Positions 25,501 to 37,145 of a stretch of DNA of 64,000 bases are shown one piece after another (position 1 is the stretch's first letter; each line of letters begins with the position of its first letter). The notes under the pieces were generated by a model. That model was not told the DNA's origin and searched no databases. It was given only the letters and a program-made list of their open reading frames with translations. Where the stretch lies: the NCBI GenBank assembly GCA_028534125.1, contig CM052818.1, forward strand, positions 36,768,001 through 36,832,000, in the 5' to 3' direction. The position numbers were made by a program, and so were the translations under genes. This DNA comes from Lama glama. Its lineage: Eukaryota.

Positions 25501-27329
25501 CTGTCTCTCTAGAACTCATCTGCAAAATGGGAATGACATTACCCATGTCCCAAGGAGAGCAACAAATGAGATGCCACACGAAGGGAGCGGTTCTCTCCGC
25601 TAGACCTGCTCAGGAAACGGTTACTGAGTCTGTACTCATTTAGAAGCTCCAGGAGATGAATTTATATCATTAAAGTTCCTCGGGAGGCTGAGTTCAGCTT
25701 TGGTTTTGATCCGAAAGCAAGTGCTTAAAGCTGGAAATTTGAAAAGAGAAGGTAAAAGAGAAAGGTGAGGTTTTTGACTTTTGTTTTTTTTTTTTTAATT
25801 CACATTTTGCCTTTCCCTGCCACTTCTCAATTTGCTAAATATCCAAAAGGAAAACAGGGATGATCTGGCAACTGTTAGGTCTCTAATGCGGCCTCGCCTT
25901 TGAAGAGCTTTTTTTTTTGCTTTTCACAAGACAGAGAGAGTCCCCCTCTCTTCTCATGCCTCATCGTCCCCACCCTGACACTGCTCCTAAGAGCTTTGCA
26001 GGGACCCCTAAAGAAAAAGAAAGCCTCCCGCCTGATCCTGATTTTACCTTGAGGATAGAAGGGGGAGGTGTGGAGCTGGCAGGCACCCAGGAGCAGCTCG
26101 GCCAACCCAGGGCCCCTGCAGCCTCCCCCTTACCCACCATCTTCCCCTGTGCAAGCGCTCACTTACAAGTTTGATCACAGGCACCGTAACCATGCCTTTC
26201 TCACAGTGAATTCCAAACTGGAGGAGACATTCCTTGCCTGATAGGGGTGGCAAAAGTTAAAACAGGGAGCAAACACATCTTTGTGGTGTCTGCCCCAGGT
26301 TCTGTTCACTTTGCCCAACTCCAAAGACGAAACAAAACAAAACAAAAAAACAAAAAGCAAAACAAAACAAGAATAAAACTAGAGAATAAAACTAGAACAG
26401 AAGTTGGAAAATACAGTGTTACTGCCCCATCATAGTGTTCTCTGTGATTGAGAAGGGCTTTTATTTCCTTAAAAAAAAAGCTTTTATGAAATTCCACAAA
26501 TTAAAAATCTAAGTCAGGACAACACCTCACAAGTAAGTGTGATGTGAAGGACGGGCTAAGACAGACATTTGTGTCGACTCTCAAAAGTGCCAAATAAATT
26601 CAAGTTATTACCGGAATGAAGAAGCTCCAAGAAAATTAGTCTTCAAAGTCTCAAGTCATAAATCCTAGAAGACTCCACTTAGATTAGTTAGAATTCATCA
26701 ACAAACGTATTTAATAAATATACGCCCAAACATAGCACCTAAAATTCCACACAATGAAAAGCCATGAAGAGATAGCTACCCACTACTGAGTGAAAGGGAA
26801 ATCCAAAAAGCAGGCTTTGATGTCTATTACCTGACACCTTCTCTGGGCACAGATTTATCCAGGCAAACATTTTTACTATCAAGTTTTGTGCTAGGCACTG
26901 GCACTCACAAGTGAACACGGCCAGATCAGTCTTTAGTGGTCCTGGAAGTATCCTTGGTCCTTTCTACATTTCTGTACCCTTCAATTTGCTATTTATTTAT
27001 TACACTGGCTCAACGTGGAAACAGGTGCTATTCTAAGCACCTTAAAGTTTTCCTCGTTAGCCTCCCAGGAATCAGAGTAAATGGAAGCAGGTGGCAAATC
27101 CAAAAGTGCTAGGAATGTTGTTCCGACCCAGTGATTATTCCTATTTAAGCTCACATTTCTGCTAATAGAATTATTTTATTTAAAATGTTAATTAGCAGAG
27201 ACAACGCGGTACCTGGCACATAATGGGCAGCGTGAAGTGGTACAAATGCATTGAGACCCAGTCTGGATTATCACATACGCACACAGACACACACACACAC
27301 GGAAAAGAAAAGATAAGACAGATTGGTAG

Positions 27330-27538
27330 CTGAAGAATCTGGGTTTATGCCTAGATGTACAATGTGGCTAGATCTGTGGCCTTGGGCCAGTTGATTACCT
27401 TTCTGAGCCTCATCTTCATTTGTAAAATGTGGATAATCCCTACCTCGCAGCGCTGATATGAGGATTAGAGATAATACATGTAAAGTACTAGAATATAGTG
27501 GGCAGCCATAACTGTAACCTATTATTATTATATTATTG
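27330..27538 (+). mobile_element. MIR SINE
   Basis: ctgtggccttgggccagttgattacctttctgagcctcatcttcatttgtaaaatg...gaggattagagataatacatgtaaagtac. Confidence 0.85.
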
Positions 27539-28287
27539 GGGCTTGATACAGGTTTGGTGATTGAATAATAGGTAGATTAGCTGACCTCTAAAATCCACAT
27601 CAACACTAAAATTATGATACTAAAAATGGAATTAAAAGTTCATATATCAAATCCACTCAAGGATATTTTTAACTATTGTAATTGTGATGCAAATCTCTTA
27701 TGCTTTTTAGAATAAGTCCTGATAATGAGACTCAAAGAATATGATATATTTATATATACCCTGGCATATCAAGGAAACGTTTATGATCAAATTTAACAGG
27801 GTAGGTGTCTATGGTTCTGAAATCTCCAGGGGTTGCTATTCTGCTGCCTTTTCTAAATCGGCTACTTCACCGAAGCTCTTCTTTCTAGAGCACTTGTCTA
27901 GGCCAGACACTGTCATGCAGGTTTTACCAAAGTTATCTTGGCCACGATTACTCCCTCTATTTTCATAAAAGAAAATGGAGTTTTACTGAGATCGAGGATC
28001 TTTTCAAGGTCAACAGCTAGTTGGCACCAGGGACTGGACTTCAACTCTGATAACTAAACCCACGCCTTTTCCCACTCTGCCATATCTCTGCAACTCAGGC
28101 AAGTCCTAAAAGCAAAATGTAAGAGACTGGAGAGACTTGTAAGGGAATGCATACACAGAAAAGGAAAAAACAAATGTCGGTCACATTCACTGCATTCTTT
28201 ATCTGACTGGATTCTGTTGACTGCACTTTTACCATGTCTCTTACACATAGCATCAATGTAACACATTGGTGGAAAAAGTGGAAGAAT

Positions 28288-28644
28288 CCAGCAATCCCTC
28301 TTCTGGGTATATCTCCAAAACAACTGAAAGCTGGATCCTGAATCATATTTGCTCACCCATGTTCATAGACATGTACTGTAGGATTTCACTTATATGAGGT
28401 ATCTGAAGTAGTCAAATTTAAAGAAACAGAAAGTATAATGGTAGGTGCCGGGGATGGGGGTGGGGGAAATGGATGTGTGATGTTTAATGGGTATAGAGTT
28501 TCATTTTTGCATGATAAAAAAGTTCTGGGTCTCCATTGTACAACAATAAAATATTAACATTCCTGAACCATACACATAAAAATAGTAAGGATGGTAAATT
28601 TTATGTTATGCGCTTCCTTTTACCACAATTTTAAAAAAAGAAAG
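28288..28644 (+). mobile_element. L1MA/MB-type 3' fragment with internal deletion and TSD
   Basis: ccagcaatccctcttctgggtatat...cccatgttcatag joined to ...cacttatatgaggtatct...taccacaattttaaaaaaa. Flanking 14-bp aaaagtggMagaat at 28274-28287 and 28645-28658. Confidence 0.85.
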
Positions 28645-28659
28645 AAAAGTGGCAGAATA

Positions 28660-28752
28660 CATATTTGTATATATGTATATACACATATATTATATATAAC
28701 ATATTTGTATGTATGTATGTGTATATATGTATTTATATTTATGTACACACAC
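28660..28752. repeat. (TA)/(TG)-rich low-complexity tract
   Basis: Read directly. Confidence 0.85.
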
Positions 28753-30048
28753 ATCCTTAAAAGAGTCAATGATTTAAAAATTTCAAAACTCCATAAAATA
28801 ATTATAAAAATTGACAGTTGTGGAGCTAATGGAAGCCTTGAAATGTTTGGGGAGCTGATCTGTTGGCCCATATCTGATCTCTGACCACAACAATGTTCCT
28901 TTTCTGGCTTTTGAATCACCATCAGCTGCTGCAGAGTCAAAAATTTAAACCGTGTGAATTTCATGCAGATATCCTCTCTCATGGGAAATGATAAATCTTC
29001 CCTTTCCCACTTTAAAGGTGGATATGTCCCAAGACAATAAAGTTCATTTCACCAGTAACTGTGCTGCTACTTCCAAGGATCACCCTACCTCATCTTTTTT
29101 TTTTTTTTTTCTGCAGTGTCAATTTCCGTGTTTTCCAGTGATTTCCTTAAAGAAAGAGGAGACTACCTTTCTGACTTAGGACTTTGGGAAAGCAAGTGGG
29201 TAGCTGTGGTAGGAAGAACCAGAGTTTGCTTTCAGTGTGATCCTGATCTCAGCATTTTTTGATCCAACAGGCAGGTAAAGAATTCCGACACACTTTTTTT
29301 TCTTAACCAAAACGATTAAGATCATTTTTTTTTGCATATTAGGAGATGACATCCTGATTTCCTGAGTAATAAATGATCATCTTCTGCACAAACTACATTC
29401 TTCTGGTTTCTAATCATTTGGGTCTACATGTGATTTATCTGTCCACAAAGAACTTTCTTATCCTCCAGTCATCCTATGTGGTTTCTCCCTTGGTTTATCC
29501 TCACCTACCGCAACCAAAGGCTGGATTTCTTGTTCGTGATGTTTATTCCTCCCCCTACCCTCAAGTAATCACTTAGTTGACCGATTATAGAATCACAAGA
29601 TTGGTTATAATTCCGTTTCTCCATCTGACTTTGAACTTAAGTGCTCCAATTACTTCGCCTGATCGTAATAAGTCAGTAGTGTGCTAATGCTCGCCTTGAT
29701 ATTTCTGAAATATACCGGGTGCGATTAGCATGGGACTGCATCATTAGAAAGCAAAGTTGAAAGCGGGTGAGCAAAATCATCACTTGCGTTTAAGCAAAAC
29801 TGCCTGTTCAGTGAACTTACAAGGTTACAATGATCCTAGAGACACTATATGCTGCCACGAAATGTATATTGTACTTGGAAAAATCCTCGGATGCTCCAGA
29901 ACCTTCTGTCTTTGTCTACTATTGGAAGAGAAAAGATCCTAATAGAAGGACAAGCCTATTATAATATGCAAAGTCCTGAAGTCTGTTTGAGCCAGATATA
30001 GCTGAAGACATAAAGAATCCTTGAACCACAACAGGGTAGGGGGAAAAA

Positions 30049-30099
30049 TGAAGGAAGGAAGGAAGGAATGAAAGAAGAAAAGGAAGGAAGAAAGGAAAG
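30049..30099. repeat. (GAAG)n-like purine tract
   Basis: gaaggaaggaaggaaggaatgaaagaagaaaaggaaggaag. Confidence 0.85.
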
Positions 30100-33000
30100 C
30101 CTTTAGTCAATTTGGCTGGATTGGATTGACATCTCCAGGCCATAAAGAGAGAAAGCTTTAGGATAAGCCTGCTAGAAGAAGGGAAAAAAACAAACAAACA
30201 AAACCAAACCCATGTACACACACACATCACATAAGATACTAAAAAACTACATTAGCATCAGTGGTGTTATTTGAATTAAAAAGTTTAACCCTTTTATATC
30301 TGTGTGTAACCAGGAATACTATATAAACTTTTGGGAACTAGCAAGGAAAAAAAAAAAAAGAAAGAAACCCTTCAACCTGGGAATGATTTACAGCCAAATC
30401 AATTGATAAATGAAAGAAACAAAGATGGTACAACTGAAATTGATGCCAAAGATTTATAAGGTTGACTAAGTAAACAAAAATGGAATGGATCACCATGGAA
30501 ATGCATGAATATTGAAACAGGCAAGATTTGAATAGACTAATCATATGCCTCACTTAGACTGACAGGTGTTGATAACAACTGTGATACTCAATCCACACCA
30601 ATATCCACACTTCTAACATGTTTATTCCTAGAAAACAGGGGCTAGATTTAAAGGTTCCTTTGGTGAGAGCTTATAAACATAATAAAATTTTAATCTTAAA
30701 GGGACTAACTCGATTCTCATCTACTTGAAAAACAAAAACGGTTTTATACATTCGCTTCCTGGATATGAGGAGCTGCAGTTAGCAGAAGTCATTCTCCTGG
30801 GCTCTACTAGTCTTTGTTCCAGTAAACCTCTCACGAAACTGAATTCTCGGTCTCGCTTATCTCCCACACTGAGTACCTGAAGTATGACCACCACTCATTA
30901 GAAGCATAATTAAAAAGACACAACACTAGATTCCTCCCTCCCATCACATACAGATGAAAACCAATAACCCTTAATCTATTTGTTACCATGGCTACCATAG
31001 GATATTTTATTTCAGTACAACTCTAGGTATTTCGTTTGGATTGTTGCTTGCAAATGAAAGTTGGAGACCTATAAATTTCTGTTAAGTGTGCTAGAAATGG
31101 AGAGACTGAACAGAAGAAAACGTTTTTCTTAATCATGGACAAATACGGTTTATAAGATGCTTCTGCAGAAAAGTTATTAAAATTGGTTAAATGCATCAGC
31201 TGACAAATTAATTTAAATGACATTAAATTCATATAGAGTTTAAGGGCACATATGCCAGTTATTCCCTGATTTATAGCAGGATGATAAACCAGGTGCACTC
31301 AGAACAATGTTTGGGACGCAGACTATAATCACCAGTGGCACTCAGCTCCATTCTTGTATAAATGCCTAGAATATGTGACTACACAAATACACGCTTATCA
31401 ACCAGCCTTTAAAGGATTCACCTGTGTATTATCTGATAATGTTTTGGTCAAGAGTAGGGATAAACAATTTATAAAGTTGTTTATCCCCACACATCCTTCC
31501 CCAAAGAGTGAAAAAGTAGTTCTACAGTCCCCAATATAATTTTTAAAAACATTAACAAATGAGGTGGGCTAATTAAATCTGCTGTCATTCATCCTAAACT
31601 GAAAATTCCTTAAATTTGCCCTTCCAGGGCCGGGTGAGAAATAAGACCACATGGCAAGAAAAGGAACGCTGTAGCGACTAGAGAGACAACTTTAAACCGA
31701 CTGAAATTAGGGTAAATACAGCTGTAACCAGGACAGATCAGTCACTGCAAGAGGAGTCCGAATCCCAGCATAGCTCGGCTGGTGAGAGGCTGGAGCCTGC
31801 AGCAGTGGAGCCTGACCGTCCCTAAGCTGACGAGGTGGAAGTTTCGCGGGCAGCAGCAGCTCGGCATCCTTAGCGGTCCGGTCCCTCCAGCGCCGAGGTC
31901 TCGCCTAATGCTACATAAATACCTGCGTCCACGATTCGCCCCGGGCGCGCCGCGGCGCAAGCACCGTAGGGAGGGAGGAGAGCGTTTGCAGAGCGGCAAG
32001 AATGGCAAAGGCGGCGGCTCCTCACCCGTCAGCATCCCTAGGGACCCGCAGGAGGACCCGCCAACTGACCGTGTATGCTGTTGGGTTCCAGAGTGCAGGA
32101 AAGACAACCAGCTTCTCATCTGGAGGACCCAGGCAACCGAGACTCGCGCTTTAGCCCCGTCACCGTTGGCTGCAGGCAGGCAGCGCATCCCCGCATTCCC
32201 GGGCCAACGCAGACCGGACCTGCCTCGGACCTACCCCTGCTCTCGACTCTGCTCTCCCGACCCCGGGCAAGCGCGCCCCTCCCTCGGGGCTCGGGGCCGG
32301 CACTGCCCAGCGCCTGCACCCGCTCCACGACCGCAGATAACCCTCGAGCTCTCGGCCCGCTCCAGGCCACAGAGACCCGGACGTGAGCCCTCTGCCACCG
32401 GGCACCTCCCGCGGCAGTCGGGGCGCGCGTCCACACTCCCATATTACACATCTCCCTGTCCACACTACCCCACACATAAACAACCCCTCCCCACTCGACA
32501 CCACATCCTCGCCCCTTCACCATCCTCGTAAGCTCTTCTTTCCGTACCCCAAACACGCTGGCACCCATGAGGTATTAAGGGAAGGAGGGTCACAGCAAGG
32601 TCTGTACGGGTTTCCTCCCGATGGTTTTCACGCTCCTCTACCTTGAAAGTTACTTGGGATTGAGTGAAGAGACCCGGTCCCCAAATGAGGGGTCTGAGGA
32701 CCAGAGGGGACAGAACCCCCCACCTGGCTTCTCGCTGCATATTGGCGCTCACCTCCCCAAAGGGCCGGGCGCGTGGCTGCCCCCAGGGTCCAACCCTCCG
32801 GTGCCTCCTCCTGGCCCCCAGCCCGGCCGGGGCCCTGGGCCGCTCAGAGGAGGTGGCCTGGGGAGGGACGCATGCTGTCGGGCCCAGCGTCCGGGGCCCT
32901 GTGGGGGGGGTCACACTCGTCCCCAGCACCCCGTACCTCGGCGACATTAGCCCAGGGCAGACCCTGTGCATACACACCCGGGGGCAGGAAGTTTTTTTTT

Positions 33001-33201
33001 CCCCTTGGAGCAGCGCAGGCGCAAGGGCTCCTGCAGCCTTGCGAGTCCAGACGCGGGAGGCTCCTGCCGCCGCCGCCGCGGGAGCCGAGCCCAGCGTTCC
33101 GGGTGCTCGGGCCCCGCTCCCAAACCCAGCCGGGCCCCACACCGCCTCCAGAACCCTGGGTCCCCGGCGCCGCATCCTGGGCTCCCTAGCTTGGCTCTTA
33201 C

Positions 33202-33810
33202 CTCCGGCCGCGCCGCTCCGGCCCCGGCCCGACGCGCAGAGAGCCTGGGGTCGCGGGTGGGCGCAGGAGGGCTGATGGATAGCTGAAGGCGTCGGCAGGT
33301 AGCGGTAGCTGGGGCCGCTCGGGTCCTGGCCCGGAGAAACGGATCCAGGTCCACCTTCTCGCGTTCCTGCTCTCCGCCTTCACCCCCCTTTCCTTCTCCT
33401 CCTCCGCCGCCGCCTCCCGGCAGCCCAGGGAGGATGCCCGGGAGAGGGAAGTCAGTCCTTTTGCCTGTCAGCCTGTGCGGCTACGCGCGGCGCGGCGCGG
33501 CTCTCACCGAGGCGGCGGCGGCGGCGGCGGCTCCGGCAGCATCGCCCCCCCCGCTCTCTCCGCAGCCGCGGCGGCCGCGGGGCTGGGGTTGGCTCCGGGC
33601 TTGGGGCTCGGGCTCCGGGCGGGGGCTGCGCTCAGGCGCGGCGGCTGCCGGGGCTGCGGGCGGGCCCTGCGGAGCCGGGGCCGGGGCTGGAGCGGCAGTT
33701 AGATCCGCGGCGGCGGGAACGGCGGCGGCGGCGCGGGGGCTGGCGCGGCCGCGGCGCGGGGACCATGCTCCCTTCTGGCTCGCTCCGCTCCGGGTACCGT
33801 CTGCTTTAGC
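33202..33810 (-). other. KLHL29: Non-coding first exon (5' UTR), probably of KLHL29 (kelch-like 29); TSS position approximate
   Basis: Seen: GC-rich segment just downstream of CCAAT/GC boxes, ending at a minus-strand donor CCGGAG|GTAAGAG (last exon base 33202). The exon end (CTCTCTGCGCGTCGGGCCGGGGCCGGAGCGGCGCGGCCGGAG) matches my recollection of the mammalian KLHL29 5' UTR, which has a non-coding exon 1 and a very long intron 1. Gene identity is from memory, not from a search. Confidence 0.68.
33511..33531. repeat. (GGC)7 trinucleotide repeat within exon 1
   Basis: ggcggcggcggcggcggcggc read directly. Confidence 0.95.
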
Positions 33811-33910
33811 TGCGAGGGAGGCGGGCTTCGGCGCGCAGCCAGGGGCGGGCGGAGCCAATCACGGGCGCCCGAGTGGGCGGGGGCGGAGGGTGGGGGAGGC
33901 GGGGCGCCCC
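33810..33910 (-). promoter_or_regulatory. TATA-less core promoter: NF-Y CCAAT box flanked by Sp/KLF GC boxes
   Basis: AGCCAATCAC at 33853-33862, GGGGCGGG at 33842-33849 and GGGCGGGGGCGGAGG at 33875-33889, immediately upstream of the inferred minus-strand TSS. Confidence 0.75.
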
Positions 33911-36909
33911 CGGCCGGGCACCCGGCGCTGCTCCCCGGGCCCGAGGGATCCCCAGCAGCCGCGCGTGGGGCCCGGGGCGGAGTGCTCGCGGGTGTGTCCA
34001 TCCGTCTGTCCGCCGCCCCCGCCCCCCTGCGGTGGCTCCCGGCTCGCCCCGCTCGGCGGCCGCGCCCGGCAGATGCGCGGCGCGTGGCCCCGGCTCCTGG
34101 GCCCTGGCCTCTGGGCCCCGCCGGCCCAGGGTTGTGGGGGACCGGACTGAGGCGAGCTCCCTGTCCTCTCTCAACACCTGAGGAAACTGGCAGAAAAGTT
34201 TGAGAACGAAAAGTCCAATCGTCTTTCAGCTTCCGCCCTCCCTGTGACACTCCAGCCACGGTAAGGAGCAGGAATTGTTCAAATCTCTGAAGAACCACGG
34301 CTAGCCCTGCAAATCCTGACCACCGACGACCCTCTCTAGTCTGTCCGGGCTCGACTGTCCTCGAGGTGCACGGGCTTTCCTGTCTACACTGACTCTCTTG
34401 AATACACAGAACTGCTCTCTGTTTAGTCAGCCCCTACTCAGGCCACAGCAGCCTTTCATGTCCACACTGACTCTCACTGTCTACACTGACTTTCTTAGTC
34501 CCATCACTTCTCCGTCTCCACATGCTGTTACACAGACCCTAACTTCAACCCTAAAAGGAAAGGTTTGGCTGGAGGCCCGTGGCAGCCCCATTGAGGGCTT
34601 TTCCATTTTGCCAGAACATTTCATTTCGACACCAGTCTTCCCTTCTCTGGTAATTCTCTGGATCTGTTTTTTATTCCCTGACCTCTCCCTCCTACCAGAC
34701 CTCCCCCTCATCTGGTTTTGAATTTCGGAGGAAATATACTTTTCTCCCGCCACCCCCACCCCACCCCCACCCCCAGCCTGAATGTAAGGCTGTTGGGTTT
34801 CAGCCTCCCCCTCCCCCCTCCGTTCTCCCTGGCAGAGCTACTGAGGTCTGAGGCCGGGGTAGAAACTGGGGAGGAGGGGTGTGGTAAGGTAACATAGCTG
34901 CTCGCTCTTTGGTCTGAACTGGGAGGAGCCAGCCCGGGGCGGGCTTTGCCAGGCCCCGCCCCCATCTGCCAGGGCAGCGGGAGGGCTCGTGGGTAAATCT
35001 CTTTCTCTCAGCTCACGCCTCTGATGTCTGAATCCAGGCCTCTGCTCTCCTTGGCTGTAAACTCGGTGCAGGGATTGTGTCTTCTTTAATATCTTGTGGG
35101 AAGCAGAGTACAGTGTTGCGGCTGATAAATAATAAATAATAATAATCTACTGAGGGTAGCGGGAGGACTGTCAGTGAAAGGGAATGAGAACACCGGGGAG
35201 ATGGCCCATTGGTGTTAGAGTAACTGCATTTCCTGAAAAAAGAAAAAAACGAAAGAAGTTTTTGTGTGTGAAGCTGGGGGTGGGGAAGGGACAGAGCAAA
35301 GTACTGCAGGGAGGAATCCACCCTTGATGGTGGGGTCAGCCAGGAGAAGTGGTGTGTCTTTAAGACAGGGTGACAGATGGTCCTCCAAGGGGGAGGAGGG
35401 TGGGAGTAGGGGCAAGAAAGCTCCCCAAGTTTCCTCCAACAACCTGAAGGGGAGCGATAGACGTGGTTTGAATGCTAAGTTCTTAACGCGGTGTATAAAA
35501 AGTGATTGAAGGGTAATGCAGGTGGGAGGAAGGAGAAAGAGGGATTATTTTTGATTTTAAAAAAGGACTCAGGTAACATCTCAAGCACTGAAAGCAGAGA
35601 GGAGACCAAAGGCACAGGTGAGTCAGTGTTCATTCATGCTGTCGGAAGCAGTCCTCTGAAACGATCTGCATGGATCCACCAGCTATGAGCACGTAGGGGA
35701 ATCCACCCGGCTCTGTCCAGGAACAGAGGCACGTGGTACAGGTGCAGGCATTATGGTAATACAGCTACAGTCTGCAGGGTTAAGGGATAGGTTAAGATCT
35801 GGCAATCTGAGGCACTCGGTGTCTTTCAGATCATTTTTGAATGATTCTCAAATGAAAGAAGGAAATATGCACTCCCAAGAAGCCTTCCTCAGCTACATCT
35901 CTAGGTGAAGGTGTAAGGATTCTCCCACTTTTCCTGCTGGCATGATCAGAGAAGAGAGTCCATGCTGAATCTGCATCTACCCAGGTGATGTCAAGGGTGC
36001 CGGTTCTGGTGTGTTGCAACGCCTTCAGGATTGGAGCTTGATAACAGCTCACCGGGGGTGCCAGCTTGTCTGGAGAAGGAGAAAAGCTGTGTGAATTAGA
36101 ATCACAGTGGGCTTGTCTGCCCTCTCCTCACCCCACCCATCTTTCATCCCCAAAGCCTGAATGCAAATGAGGATTTCTGGAGTCTAAAGCCAAGATCTTC
36201 CTCTGCACTGGGGCTCTGCCCAGCTAGGAGCAGTTGGGTTTGGACACTGCCACTTAGGATCGGGCGGCTCTGGTGTAGACAAAAACTCCCTTTCTCCTGG
36301 AGTGCTGCTGTTCGAGTCATCTGCCCCGATTCCCCCAGGGTCTTGGTGACACACACCTTATCTTCTTTGTGTTGTGTACGAAATCTCCCCTCTTCCTGCA
36401 TAGACCTTGCTGGTAGCAGGGATCTGTTCTGGGTCATTCACCGTCCTGCTTTGTGGTATTTGGGATATGCGCCGTGGTTGGCATGGCTCTCTCTCCCTGG
36501 TGAATGGAATTTGTTGGGTGTTGTACGTGGGAGCTCCTCTGGTCCTGGTCAAAGGTTGCTCCGTGAAGTGCATGATCAGCTTGGTGAAGTGTGCTTCCAA
36601 ACCCAGTTCTCTGTCCTGACAGAGATGCCCTGAGCTGGGCTCTGCAATCAGGACTAATGTGTATGCCCCAAGCAGGTGGGTGGTGAAGGAGTGGACTGGA
36701 GGTGCCCAGGGAGGTAGACTGGAATGCTCTAGAACATCCATTCTCTACTCAGAGCATAAACCATTATTTGTGCAGTTGATCAGGCAAGGACTTTGTGCTG
36801 GAAAGGCTACTACTGTCACCTCGAGAGGCACCAGAGGAGCCACATCTGGACTGTCTGGAAGTGCCCACTGTGGCTGAGACGGCCTTCCCTCCTTATTTGT
36901 AGCAATAAC

Positions 36910-37145
36910 CACAACAAAACAACCATTTACTCAATGGCTACAACATGCCCAGCGTTGTACCAGGTATTCTTCCTATACTACCCAATTAATGGTCATGGCA
37001 ACCTGTGGAATCAGTGTTATCAGCCCCGAAGGCTGAGCCACAAAGAGGGTAGGTGATCTCCTGAAATCACACAGCCAGTAAGTGGCAGAGCTGGAATTTG
37101 AGCCTGGTTAGTTGGTTCCAGAGCCTTTGTTCTTTTCACCACACT
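36910..37145 (-). mobile_element. MIR SINE
   Basis: tcacacagccagtaagtggcagagctggaatttgagcctgg is the reverse MIR 5' half. Confidence 0.8.

Larger units (their letters stand above)
1..33201 (-). other. KLHL29: Intron 1 (partial) of the minus-strand gene, running off the window start
   Basis: Begins with GT at 33201 on the minus strand. No recognisable coding exon in 1-33201, only ancient repeats and unique non-coding DNA. Confidence 0.6.
31770..34380. promoter_or_regulatory. CpG island spanning the promoter, exon 1 and the start of intron 1
   Basis: Very high GC content and dense CpG, with (GGC)n runs and GCGGCCGC sites, against CpG-depleted flanks. Confidence 0.95.

Noticed and set aside
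33434..34150. 238-aa plus-strand ORF and other long overlapping ORFs in the CpG island (31782-32531, 32465-33175, 32664-33275, 33699-34298)
   Set aside because: Ala/Gly/Pro/Arg low-complexity products in several frames on both strands are expected from stop-codon scarcity in very GC-rich DNA. No recognisable domain.
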